Shown here one piece after another: positions 9,257 through 20,314 of a DNA stretch of 64,000 nt. Origin of the DNA: Obrimoposthia wandeli (lineage: Eukaryota); the NCBI GenBank assembly GCA_977020255.1, contig CDROCS010000506.1:2480001-2544000 (forward strand), written 5' to 3'. The notes under the pieces were generated by a model. That model was not told the origin of the DNA and did not search any database. It was given only the letters and a program-made list of their open reading frames with translations. Position numbers and translations under genes: made by a program. Numbering within the stretch: position 1 is the first letter of the stretch; every line of letters begins with the position of its first letter.

Positions 9257-10785
9257 CTAGCTACGCTTAATATTCCATGGCAGTAACGCGTCAATATCAT
9301 TTGGTTTTTCAGCAATCTGCTGTAAGCAGCTTGCGATATAATCATGCACGATGAGATTATTCGCTTTCGCTGTTTCAACCAAACTATATAAAATGGCACT
9401 CGCGTTCGCACCTGTATTGGTGTACGAGAACAACCAAGCCTTACGCCCTATCACAAAGGGCTTTACTGCCCGTTCTGCGCGATTATTGTCAATGCTCAAT
9501 CGACCATCTTCAAGATAGCGCTGGAATTTTTCAAATTGATTTAAGCTGTAGCTAATCGCTTCGCCAAGTTTGCTTTTGGGTGGGATTTTTTCTTTGTGTT
9601 CGATGAGCCAGTCATATAATATTTTCACAATCGGCTTGGCTTGTAATTGCCGAATAGTAAATTTTTCTTCGACTGACTTTCCTTTAATACGTTTTTCTAT
9701 TCCGTATAACTTACCAATTAAATTTAATGCGACATCCACTTTCCCTGTTTTCTTTTTGCCTTGCACCTTTTTTACATCGATGAATTTACGGCGGATATGC
9801 GCAAGACAGGCAACCAATGTTGCTTGCGTTGATTCATAAGCTTTATATCCATCAACGTGCATGTAACCTTGGTAACCATCAAGAAAATCAATTGCACATT
9901 GGGCTCTACGACTATTATGATAATCGAATAACACTATATTGGTGTTACTGCCTAATGCATCTGTTCCACAGCAATATACCCACATATAGCTTGTCGCTTT
10001 TTCTGCTTTGATTACTTTTAGTGGCGTCTCGTCCGCATGTATCGCTGGCTCTGCGAGCAATGTTGTTTTCAAGCGCATGTATAAAGGTTCAAGCAATGCT
10101 GCACAGCGTAATATTGACGACTCAACTCAATACCGATGTCGATCAACATTGTTTCTTGTCGGTAAAGCGGTAAACCAAATTGATATTTACAGGTAATAAT
10201 TTGGCTTAGCAAACTCGCGGTTGCAATACTTTTGGGGATCGGCGTGGCTGGCATCGGCGCCATTTTGATGTGACTTTCAATGCCATTGTTTTCACAATGT
10301 CGACAGGTATATTTCGGGCGAATAGTTTTGATGACTTTAATATGAGCAGGTACAAACTCAAGGGTTTCGCTGCTGCTCTCGCCCATTTTATGCAACGGAT
10401 TATGGCAACAATCACATGTTTTATCCGTGTCATCAATATCAACGATAACTTCTTTTCGAGGTAGTTCAGGCGGTAGTGGTTTGCGCTTTGGTTTTACTTT
10501 TGGCTCTGTTTTCTCTTCAGTCGTTACGCTTGCTAATAGCTGCTCGTCTTGTTCATCAAGCGTCATTTCAGCTTCATTGAAGACTTCATCAGAACCTGGC
10601 ATCTTTTCTGATTTTTTACCGTATTCGTTAGCCAGTTTTATATTATAACGTTCGAGTAATTCTTGATAGATAGCGTCTTTTTCATTAAGTTCTTCATCTT
10701 TTTTCATGATAACAGCCTGCAACTCAAGCAGCATTTTCTTGAGTTGTTCAGGGTCGTCTGGTAATACGTTCGCATCAAGTTTCAT
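9257..10785 (-). pseudogene. tnpC: IS66 TnpC transposase split by frameshift(s) near 10070-10220
   Basis: N-part 10069-10785 (leucine zipper, CDCC/CRHC zinc finger) and C-part 9257-10096 (HADETPL, CLAHIRRKF, IDNNRAERAVK, DALLPWN). Confidence 0.85.
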
Positions 10786-10895
10786 CTGCTCATTTTAGCA
10801 AACTTATCAAAATGATACCGCACTTGACGGTAATGAGTATAAGGGGAGAGCGTCAACGATCGTTGACTACTCAGATATGACAAATTCCGATCGCG

Positions 10896-11243
10896 TTAGA
10901 TCATCGATTGATACTGTAATTCTTGGTGACCAAGCACATCAAATCCTGATAGCAGCCACTTAAATTGTTCATCCGTTAATTCAAACTCATTGCAATCGAT
11001 GTTACTCGGCCATTTGAACTTTTGCTTTTCGAGGCGTTTATACCAAAGCGCAAAACCAGTCTTATCCCAATATAGTATTTTTAGTTTGTCTTTGGCTTTA
11101 TTACAAAACACAAACAACTCACCCGTGTAAGCGTCACGATTAAGCTCATCTTCAACAATGGCTGCTAACCCGTTTATTGATTTACGAAAATCGACGAAAT
11201 CACGATGTAAAAAAACGGCGGATGGTTCAATAAAGGATTGCAT
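10896..11243 (-). CDS. tnpB: IS66 accessory protein TnpB
   Basis: VDFRKSINGL, LFVFCNK..DKLKILYWD..GF.LWYKRLE motifs. Confidence 0.92.
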   Translation of the reverse strand: MQSFIEPSAVFLHRDFVDFRKSINGLAAIVEDELNRDAYTGELFVFCNKAKDKLKILYWDKTGFALWYKRLEKQKFKWPSNIDCNEFELTDEQFKWLLSGFDVLGHQELQYQSMI

Positions 11244-11541
11244 TAGCTCAACTCACGCAGTATTTGAGCCAAGTATGTTGCGGGTGTTGTTGCAGGCAAA
11301 CTGACGTTTGCCTTACCAACCGAGAGTGTGATTGGCTGTTGCTGCTCTTCAACAAACTCTATCTGCTGCGTTACTTTAGCGCGAATAAAACTGTTGGTCG
11401 TTAAGCCTAGTTTTTTCTTGAAAGCATAGAAGCTCGACGTTGGTAATTGATGTTGCTGACAGTAATCTAAAACAGTTAACCCACTGGTTTGTTGATTTTG
11501 TATGAGGGTCTGCCATTGTGTTTATTGCGCGTTATTTTCAT
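11243..11541 (-). pseudogene. tnpA: IS66 TnpA (HTH) with a 1-nt frameshift near the start
   Basis: ATG at 11541; shifted frame reads QWQTLIQNQQTSGLTVLDYCQQHQLPTSSFYAFKKKL...QILRELS; stop overlaps the tnpB start (TAATG). Confidence 0.75.
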
Positions 11542-11589
11542 TGTTATTTCCTTTTTTTGGCTTGGAAATAACATAACTGAGATCAGAAA

Positions 11590-11853
11590 TTAGATGAAGG
11601 TGTGGTTGGCCAGACGCTTACAATTCTTCTCACGCTTAGTAATGCGATAGCCGTCGACGCCGACACGAGAAACATCCGAAAGTGAGGAAATCATCCAGAG
11701 TTCGCATTCGAGTTCAGTCCATGTGGATTGAGCTTCTTCTTCGGTATTGAATGGGGCTAGTAAATGTTGCTTGAGTTGTTCTAATAAAACAGGGGTGATT
11801 GGTAGGGTATTAAGATCTTTCCAGTTTGTAATTTTAAGCATGATTAACTCCAT
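11590..11853 (-). pseudogene. Small hypothetical gene interrupted by IS66
   Basis: ORF runs into the IS66 IRL; its last residues (CKRLANHTFI) are encoded by the IS end. Confidence 0.5.
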
Positions 11854-11897
11854 GAAATTGATATCATGAAGTTAATATGTATTTAAAATGGCTTTTG

Positions 11898-12942
11898 TTA
11901 CGATTCCGTCCCTGTAAGTTGCAAACTAGCCACATCGGTAATAATCATCTGTAATTTTTCTTTGATTTTATGCGATAGGATATATGCAGAGTCTTCAGAG
12001 GAAGTAACTAAACCTTTTCTTTCCATTACCATTAAAGTACCACGCACTTTTTCAATAGGGTACTGTGTTGAAGCGACTTTTAATGTCTGTGGAGAGTACG
12101 GTGAATTTGATAGTAATTGAATTAATATTAAATATATAAATTCGATTTCCGTTTTATGGTAGGCAAAATTAAAATCGAGTTGGAATTCTTTCGCTAACCA
12201 CATCTGTGTATTATGTTTACCCGTATTTGATGAAATATGTTTAAGAACCTGTCTTGAAACAAACTGCGGAGGGTTAGTTGAATTTCCAATTTCATCATTA
12301 ATGACAAACTCGCCATGACTTGACGTTGGGGTGTTATTTACCGCCTCACCTTTCAATTCCTTACCATATCCATATCCACGATTATTTTTAATATACGGGT
12401 TTTCTTGTGTTAGATCATGAGTCTCTTTACTAATTATTTCAATGTTTCTTAACCCTTCAATTTCATCTTTAAGATTACGTATTTCGCTCTTATGCTCAGT
12501 CTTAACGCCCTTAATAGCGATTCGCATTTTTTCTTTATGTTCTTGCGTCATTATTGAATAGTTATTTACATACTTTGTTCTTAGACTTTCTAGGGTCGTA
12601 TTTAGATAACTCCATATACCAGTCGATAGATTTGAAATCAAAGGAGCTAGGAATAAATAAATAAAGAATAGAGGCTATTAGTGGGAACCAAAGCAAACTG
12701 TTATAGTTCGTTATTAATGCGCCATTAGCGTCATCTAATATTTGATATATCCCTTTTAAATATTCAATTTTCTTTGCTGTGCTTTCATCACTGAAGAAAA
12801 AATAAAAAACAGATTCCCAGTTAAAAATTAACCATGAAAAAAGGAACGCACCACCTAGGGGGTTATTAAATCTATAATTTGTATTTTGGAGTAATGATTG
12901 AAGTGGGGTCACCAATTTATCAATATAATCTTTCATGCGCAT
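11898..12942 (-). CDS. Hypothetical membrane protein (2 TM, coiled coil, C-terminal wHTH-like), split into two ORFs by one frameshift near 12640-12655
   Basis: Overlapping ORFs 12562-12942 and 11898-12641 join into one continuous protein (..SILYLFI / PLISNLSTGIWSYL..). Confidence 0.6.
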
Positions 12943-13640
12943 CCATAGGTTAGTAAAGAACTAAATATATAATTACATCTTACCACCTAATCATCAGATA
13001 CTTAACCAACACCTAAATCTTAGTTCGCTGGGTCTGTCACATTAGTCAGGCCCTGAATCACCTCATCATGCCTTACACTCACTGATCTCTAGAACTAATC
13101 ATTTCACCCAATTCGTTGACGGTGTCGACGCTCCTGTAACATGCCTGTCTTAGCCATTAAATCTAGGCTAAATATAACCAAACTTTTACATTTTCCTCGA
13201 CGGTGACGACGGTAATTTAAGGTTGATCATTAGATGTATTCGACGACGCCGTCACTAGGTTGATTTTATTTTTTGAATTATATTTCAGACTGATTTGGCT
13301 GGCGATTCTATTCACTCAGTTTTCCACTCTAATCACTATCGGATTGCCCCCTAAAATCCCCCGTAACTGCAGAACTAACGATATGAGCATGAATACCAAT
13401 CTGTGAATTAATGGCTGGTTCTAGCTGGCTGAGTTCAGTAGGGATTCGATTAAGTGAATAGCATTGAGATATTAATAGTTTATTGTGATGAGGTTACGCT
13501 AATGAATATGGTTAGTGATATTTAATATGAGATTACTGAGGGAAATATAGTGCGGTGAAAACTTGATTAGGATTTTTGATTGAGCAGATGGAAAGGGCGT
13601 TAAAGTGATTCAGTTAATACCGGACATAGACAGGCGTTAC

Positions 13641-13729
13641 TTTATTACAGGTATAAAAAAACACCTGATGTTGCCACCGCGTTTTAAAATTTGCGCCCCA
13701 GACCTGAACTGCACCTGCCGATTATGAGT
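13641..13729. repeat. Right direct repeat of island (attL-like)
   Basis: Imperfect copy of 2207-2305; identical core ACCTGCCGATTATGAGT. Confidence 0.8.
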
Positions 13730-13760
13730 CGGATGCCTAAACCAACTGAGCTATGCGCCT
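13690..13760 (-). tRNA. ileX: tRNA-Ile2 (anticodon CAU), sequence degenerate or garbled in this assembly
   Basis: TAGCTCAGTTGGT..GCATCCGACTCATAATCGG; position downstream of rpoD as for E. coli ileX; the left fragment shows G68/G69 (TilS determinants); acceptor and T arms here do not fold properly. Confidence 0.65.
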
Positions 13761-13941
13761 GATTCAAACGTTCTTACGACGCTTTGGGCCGGAGAAAGTA
13801 TATAAGTATAGTTTCTGTGTGTTCAGGTCATATTCAATAACTTAGACAAGCAACCAACTAACTGTTCAATTATTCACGAAGATACTGCGTAAGCCCCACT
13901 AGTGCCAGATAGCACATTATTATTCATTTTATTGTAGGCAT

Positions 13942-13976
13942 AAAAACACCTGATGTCAAGCTATCAGATGTTTTTT
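13942..13976 (-). terminator. rpoD terminator
   Basis: AAAAACACCTGATG-TCAAGC-TATCAGATGTTTTTT imperfect inverted repeat just after the rpoD stop. Confidence 0.7.
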
Positions 13977-14003
13977 AATGCAGAAGAGTATCTAACGATT
14001 CAA

Positions 14004-15832
14004 TTACTCGTCTAAGAAGCTACGTAGCTGTTCGCTGCGGCTAGGATGACGTAATTTACGTAATGCCTTCGCTTCAATCTGACGGATACGCTCACGCGTT
14101 ACATCGAACTGTTTACCCACTTCTTCAAGTGTGTGATCCGTATTCATATCGATACCAAAACGCATACGTAGCACTTTCGCTTCACGGGCTGTTAGGCCTG
14201 CTAGAACGTCGTCTGTCGCGCCTTTGCTGCCATCTTTGTCGCAGCGTCAACTGGTAAAGAAAGCGTGGTATCTTCAATGAAATCGCCTAAAGTGTGAGAA
14301 TCTTCATCGTCACCGATAGGCGTTTCCATCGAGATAGGTTCTTTAGCAATCTTCAATACTTTACGAATACGATCTTCTGGCATCATCATGCGCTCAGCCA
14401 ATTCTTCTGGCGTTGCTTCACGGCCCATCTCTTGCAGCATTTGACGCGAAATACGATTCAGTTTATTGATTGTTTCAATCATATGCACTGGAATACGGAT
14501 TGTACGTGCTTGGTCAGCAATAGAACGCGTGATTGCCTGACGGATCCACCAAGTAGCGTAAGTTGAGAATTTGTAACCACGACGGTATTCAAACTTATCT
14601 ACGGCTTTCATCAGACCGATGTTACCTTCCTGGATTAAATCTAGGAATTGTAGACCACGGTTGGTGTATTTTTTTGCAATCGAAATTACCAGACGTAAAT
14701 TCGCTTCAACCATTTCTTTTTTCGCACGGCGGGCTTTCGCTTCACCAATACTCATACGACGGTTGATGTTTTTGATCTGAGAAATAGTCAGACCAGTAGT
14801 GTTCTCTACTAATTTCAATTTGTTGATGCAACGGCGTACGTCAAAATCGATACGTTGTAATGCTTGCGCATAAGGTGCCGCTGATTGTTGTGCTTTTTGG
14901 AACCATGCGCCATCAGTTTCGTGACCCGCAAATGCTTCTACGAAAGCTGCTTTTGGCATTTTACATTGTTCAACACACATCTTGATTACAAGACGTTCTT
15001 GCACACGTACGTGATCCATCATGTCACGCATGTTATTTACAATGCGATCAAATTGTTTTGGGATCAGACGGAAAGTACGGAATACTTCACCTAGCTTTTC
15101 AACATGTAGACGTGTTTTAGGATGTTCTAAACCGTCTTCTTTAATGCCTTTTAGTAATGCTGCATGCAGTTTACGTAACTCGGTGAACTTTTCAGCTGCT
15201 TCTTCAGGATCAGGCCCTTTATTGCCTTCTTCCTCTTCTTCGTCATCATCGCTATCAGACTCAAGCTCTTTGCTTGGTAATTCTGAGCCGATATGTGTTG
15301 CTGTTGGTGCTACATCGTCCGCATTCGGATCGATGAAACCAGTGATGATGTCGCTTAAGCGAGCTTCTTCAGCAAGGAACTTGTCGTATTGTGCTAATAA
15401 CGAGTTAATTGCTTCTGGGTATTCTGCTACGGCAGTTTGTACCGCGTAGATACCTTCTTCAATACGTTTTGCAATTTTGATCTCGCCTTCACGAGTCAAC
15501 AGCTCAACAGTACCCATCTCACGCATGTACATGCGCACTGGATCGGTAGTACGACCAATTTCAGATTCTACAGAAGCAAGCGCGGCTGCTGCGGCTTCTG
15601 CGGCATCATCATCAGGTGCAGTGGTATTTTCTGCCATCAATAGGTCATCTGCATCAGGTGCTGTTTCTAGCACTTGAATACCCATGTCATTGATCATTTG
15701 AATAATATCTTCAACCTGATCTGAGTCCACAATATCTTGTGGTAAATGATCATTTACTTCGGCATAGGTCAGGTAACCTTGTTCTTTACCTTTAGCTACA
15801 AGAAGTTTTAATTGTGATTGAGGGGATTCCAT
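14004..15832 (-). CDS. rpoD: RNA polymerase sigma-70 factor RpoD (apparent 1-nt frameshift near 14230, likely sequence error)
   Basis: Regions 1.1-3 in ORF 14201-15832; region 4 ([24 protein letters not shown]...RSFLDE*) continues in another frame to the stop at 14004. Confidence 0.95.
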
Positions 15833-16080
15833 AGAATACTTCCACTCCGGTGACGTGGTTCAAAGATACAGACGCAAAAGCACTGCAAACAAAGCAGAGT
15901 AGTGCTAACGGTGCTTTTTTTCAGTACTTGGTTGGTATAATTATTGTATCGTGCACGTAAACATAACGGCGATGCCGTGTTATATTAGGCGAAAACTTTC
16001 AACTCAGCGTTCTGAACCGATTTAATTCGGCTCTTTTTGTTAGATCTTAAATGGGGCTTAATGAATCGGATTTCAAGCCA

Positions 16081-17820
16081 TTATGACGATTTTAATTCAT
16101 CTAAAATGCTTTTATACTCCAAACGCTCAGATTTGCTTAAACCACCTTGCGCTATTTTTAATTGTAGTTCACCGAAACGCTGTTCGATGACTTGGGTCGA
16201 AAGAACAAATAATGTATCGAAAAACTCAGCTTCAACCGCGTCATCTGCGCCATGATCCCACACCGCCAGCTTTATCAGTGCTTTCTGCTCTGGTGTATCG
16301 CGCCAATACTCTAATAATTGTGCTGTACTTATTTGATCGCTACTGTTTGTTTGTGCTAACAATTTTAATAAAATATTGATACCCGGTAATTTTAATTGCG
16401 GTAAATCATCGAATATTGGTAGGTTAAAACCAATGTGCGGATTTTGCAATAATAGACCAATAGCGCGACGTATCGGTGTTATTTGGATCGCTTTTTTAGT
16501 TGGCTTTGTCGTGGCTACGGCCGTAAACAGTTTATTTAGCTTAGTTTCATCCCAGCCTAAGAAACGTGCTAGTTTTTTCAGTACGATGCCACGGTAGAAA
16601 CCGTCGGGCATTTTTTCAATTAGCGGTTTGGCTTGGCTGGCTAATTTACTGCGTCCCGCATCGGTATGGATCTCAATATCTTGACTTAAACGGGCAAATA
16701 GAAAATCCGGTAATGTTTGGGCATCTTTAAACAGTTGCTCAAGTGCGTCTTTACCTTGGTTACGGACAAGTGAATCAGGGTCTTCGCCATCGGGTAAAAA
16801 TACAAAGTTGAGTTCTTTACCATCACGTAATTGCGGTAAGGCATTTTCGAGTGCGCGCCAGGCGGCATCACGACCGGCTTTATCACCGTCGTAACAACAA
16901 ATTACTTGATTGGTATTGCGGAACAAGGTCTGCATCTGATCGCCAGACGTAGAAGTACCCAATGACGCAACAGCATAATCAATGCCAAACTGCGCCAAAG
17001 CCACCACGTCCATATAGCCTTCAACCACCACAATTTGGGGGATCTCTTTATACGCTTGGCGTACTTCGTATAAACCATAAAGCTCTTTACCTTTATGGAA
17101 GATCGGCGTTTCCGGTGAATTCAGGTATTTGGGTTTTTCATCGGTAAGTACCCGGCCACCATAACCAATCACCCGGCCACGCTTATCGCGGATCGGGAAC
17201 ATCACGCGTTCACGAAAACGATCGTAACGACGTGATTTATTTTCGTTCTCGGTTAATACACCCGTGGTGAGTAACTGTTCTTCGGTGTGTTTGTCACGGC
17301 CAAAGCGTTTTAAGACGTTATCCCAACCTGGGGCTGCGTAACCAATGCCATATTTAGCAATCACTTCCGCTGTCAAACCACGTTGTTTTAGATAGTCGTT
17401 AACAACTTTTTTGTTTGGATGCTCTTTTAATTGGTATTGATAAAAGCGCGTGACACTTTCGAGCAGTTCGTAATAATCTTTACGCTCGGGTGCTGTCGGG
17501 CCGTTATTATTACCACCTTCTTCTCTGGGGACTGTAACACCATAAAAACCCGCTAGATCTTCAATGGCTTCGACAAATTCAAGGTTGTCGTATTCCATTA
17601 AAAAACCGATGGCATTACCGTGGGCACCACAACCAAAGCAATGATAGAACTGCTTGTCTTGGCTGACAGTAAAAGAAGGGCTTTTCTCATTATGGAACGG
17701 GCAGCAAGCCTGGTAGTTTTTACCTGCTTTTTTAAGCTTTACGCGTTTTTCGACGATATCTACGATATCAGCTCGACCTATCAAGCCATCGATAAAGTCG
17801 CGAGGTATTCTACCGGCCAT
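16081..17820 (-). CDS. dnaG: DNA primase
   Basis: CPFHNEKSPSF zinc finger, DRFRERVMFPI, KYLNSPET, TOPRIM VVVEGYMD and CYDGD motifs. Confidence 0.98.
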   Translation of the reverse strand: MAGRIPRDFIDGLIGRADIVDIVEKRVKLKKAGKNYQACCPFHNEKSPSFTVSQDKQFYHCFGCGAHGNAIGFLMEYDNLEFVEAIEDLAGFYGVTVPREEGGNNNGPTAPERKDYYELLESVTRFYQYQLKEHPNKKVVNDYLKQRGLTAEVIAKYGIGYAAPGWDNVLKRFGRDKHTEEQLLTTGVLTENENKSRRYDRFRERVMFPIRDKRGRVIGYGGRVLTDEKPKYLNSPETPIFHKGKELYGLYEVRQAYKEIPQIVVVEGYMDVVALAQFGIDYAVASLGTSTSGDQMQTLFRNTNQVICCYDGDKAGRDAAWRALENALPQLRDGKELNFVFLPDGEDPDSLVRNQGKDALEQLFKDAQTLPDFLFARLSQDIEIHTDAGRSKLASQAKPLIEKMPDGFYRGIVLKKLARFLGWDETKLNKLFTAVATTKPTKKAIQITPIRRAIGLLLQNPHIGFNLPIFDDLPQLKLPGINILLKLLAQTNSSDQISTAQLLEYWRDTPEQKALIKLAVWDHGADDAVEAEFFDTLFVLSTQVIEQRFGELQLKIAQGGLSKSERLEYKSILDELKSS

Positions 17821-17976
17821 ATGTACCTAACTAATGAGTGTGGAGATGATTGATAATATTAATGACAGCAACAATTACAATTACAGTAAATACGTGACTT
17901 ATTTAAGTTGAATAAATCAGTTATGTACTGGCATCGATATAAGACTGCGTTATAAATTTTATGGGTATTTAAAAGC

Positions 17977-18012
17977 AAACAAGCCGTGACTCTAGGAGTT
18001 CACGGCTTGTTT
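17977..18012 (-). terminator. rpsU terminator
   Basis: AAACAAGCCGTGA-N10-TCACGGCTTGTTT perfect inverted repeat. Confidence 0.75.
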
Positions 18013-18096
18013 ATAGGCGTATCTTCAGCAGATTAAGTCAGAGACTTGCTCAGTGGGATAAGCCTAAATGCATACAGTATTTATACTAATCAGGGA

Positions 18097-18419
<323 letters not shown>

Positions 18420-18523
18420 TTAAATGTAAAGAATAATAACTTGTCGCTAGGGAAATAAGTATAATTTGGCGCTGGAGAAAAAGCCATTGCACAGGTACTA
18501 TTGTCGAGTCATGTTTAAGGTGA

Positions 18524-19576
18524 ATGAATAAAATGCGCGTAATAGGAATAGAAACATCATGTGATGAGACCGGCATTGCAATTTATTGTGATGAACAAGG
18601 GCTAATGGCTCATCAACTTTATAGCCAAGTAAAACTGCATGCCGATTATGGCGGTGTCGTACCGGAATTAGCGTCACGTGATCATGTGCGTAAAATTATT
18701 CCACTGATTAAAGCAGCGTTGGTAGAAGCGGGCTGTACTAAAGATGATATTGACGGTATTGCTTATACTACCGGTCCTGGTCTGGTTGGTGCATTAATGG
18801 TGGGTGCGACGGTTGGCCGTAGTATCGCCTATGCATGGGATGTTCCGGCATTAGGCATTAACCATATGGAAGGTCATATGTTAGCGCCAATGTTAGAGGA
18901 TGAAACCCCTGACTTTCCGTTCTTAGCCATGTTGGTATCGGGCGGTCACACGCAAATAGTCCGTGTTGATGGTCTGGGTCGATATACCTTGTTAGGTGAG
19001 TCTGTTGATGACGCGGCTGGTGAAGCATTTGATAAAACAGCGAAACTACTGGGTTTAGATTACCCAGGTGGACCTCGTTTATCGGCATTGGCTGATAACG
19101 GTGTCGCAGGACGTTATAAGTTCCCGCGTCCAATGACAGATCGCCCAGGCTTAGATTTTAGTTTCTCTGGATTAAAAACTTTTGCTGCAAATACGATTGC
19201 TAAAGAAAGAAAATTAGCTGAAGAAGCGGGTGCAGATGGCATTGATGAACAAACGCGTGCGGATATTGCCTTTGCATTCCAAGACGCTGTGGTTGATACC
19301 ATTTCCATTAAGCTAAGACGAGCAATCAAAGAAACCGGCATTCGACGTCTGGTTGTTGCTGGTGGCGTGAGTGCGAATAAATACTTACGCATCAAATTAG
19401 CTGAAATGATGGTGAAGCAAAACGGTGAAGTTTTCTATCCGCGTATTGAGTTCTGTACCGACAATGGTGCGATGATCGCTTATGCCGGTTTACAACGTTT
19501 ACGCCACGGTGGTGATGACAGCTTAGAGATCACGGCTCGTCCGCGTTGGCCATTAGATCAAATGGATGCGATATAA
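18524..19576 (+). CDS. tsaD: tRNA N6-adenosine threonylcarbamoyltransferase TsaD (probable start 18533)
   Basis: [36 protein letters not shown] motifs; divergent from rpsU. Confidence 0.97.
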   Translation: MNKMRVIGIETSCDETGIAIYCDEQGLMAHQLYSQVKLHADYGGVVPELASRDHVRKIIPLIKAALVEAGCTKDDIDGIAYTTGPGLVGALMVGATVGRSIAYAWDVPALGINHMEGHMLAPMLEDETPDFPFLAMLVSGGHTQIVRVDGLGRYTLLGESVDDAAGEAFDKTAKLLGLDYPGGPRLSALADNGVAGRYKFPRPMTDRPGLDFSFSGLKTFAANTIAKERKLAEEAGADGIDEQTRADIAFAFQDAVVDTISIKLRRAIKETGIRRLVVAGGVSANKYLRIKLAEMMVKQNGEVFYPRIEFCTDNGAMIAYAGLQRLRHGGDDSLEITARPRWPLDQMDAI

Positions 19577-19637
19577 GTCATAACTATTTGATTTTTTAGT
19601 TGTCATACTTACTTAAATGGGTAAATTTGAACAACAT

Positions 19638-19671
19638 AAACCAGACTATCGGTAGGTAGTCTGGTTTTTTT
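19638..19671 (+). terminator. tsaD terminator
   Basis: AAACCAGACTA...TAGTCTGGTTTTTTT. Confidence 0.75.
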
Positions 19672-19768
19672 ATAACTACAAATCAATAGCGCGAGTTAAT
19701 TTGGCTAAATACTATTTTAAATTATAATAAGATATATTATCTAAACACTTCTAAGGAAACCGTTAATC

Positions 19769-20260
19769 ATGAAAGTAGCAGCATTGAGAATGACCGTCGC
19801 AGCAGGGATTATGGCTTTATTATCAGCATGTTCTAGTCAAACTAACATTGAAAGTGATCTCGACATTAGTGGCGCTCCGGACTGGGTGAATATCGGCACG
19901 CAAACGGTCGATGATGATTCTGGTCGTTTATTACACGGTGTGGGCATGTCAAATGACATTGCTGACCAATCCTTACAAAAATCTGTCGCTGATAACCGTG
20001 CTCGTGCTGAAGTTGCGCGTATCCTAGCAACATCGGTTGATGCTATGCAGGCGGATTATACTGCCGCAGCCAATGGCGAAGTCAGTGCCAATGTAGAACG
20101 TGAAATTAAAGCGAAAACTAAATTAGCACTCAATGGCGTTAAAATTATTGGTCGTTGGAAAAATCCAGAGAATGGCGATATTTATGCCTTTGCTGAATTA
20201 GACCTGTCTGATCTGGATGCGGCAATTAAGCGTGCGACAGCGTTAGCACCACAGCAGTAA
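19769..20260 (+). CDS. LPP20-like lipoprotein
   Basis: Lipobox LSAC; GAPDWV, ADNRARAEVA, L.GV.IIGRW.NP..G.IYA pattern. Confidence 0.7.
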   Translation: MKVAALRMTVAAGIMALLSACSSQTNIESDLDISGAPDWVNIGTQTVDDDSGRLLHGVGMSNDIADQSLQKSVADNRARAEVARILATSVDAMQADYTAAANGEVSANVEREIKAKTKLALNGVKIIGRWKNPENGDIYAFAELDLSDLDAAIKRATALAPQQ

Positions 20261-20314
20261 TGGTATTGATTAAGTGTTTGTTAATTTTATTAAATTTAAG
20301 AAAGGAAATGATCA

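Larger units (their letters stand above)
9235..11621 (-). mobile_element. IS66-family insertion sequence (tnpA-tnpB-tnpC)
   Basis: IRL GTAAGCGTCTGGCCAACCACACC ending at 11621; degenerate IRR at 9235-9257 (16/23 match); flanks AATTATCC and AATTCTTC (6/8, candidate 8-bp TSD). Confidence 0.85.
2306..13640. mobile_element. Genomic island integrated at tRNA-Ile2 (decayed, no integrase visible)
   Basis: Bounded by tRNA-derived direct repeats with crossover at the anticodon loop; contains IS relics and accessory genes and interrupts the core gene backbone. Confidence 0.8.

Noticed and set aside
14201-14260. Programmed frameshift or truncated sigma factor lacking region 4
   Set aside because: No slippery site is visible, region 4 is intact in the other frame, and similar garbled patches hit rpsU, the tRNA, tnpC and tolC, which points to sequence error.
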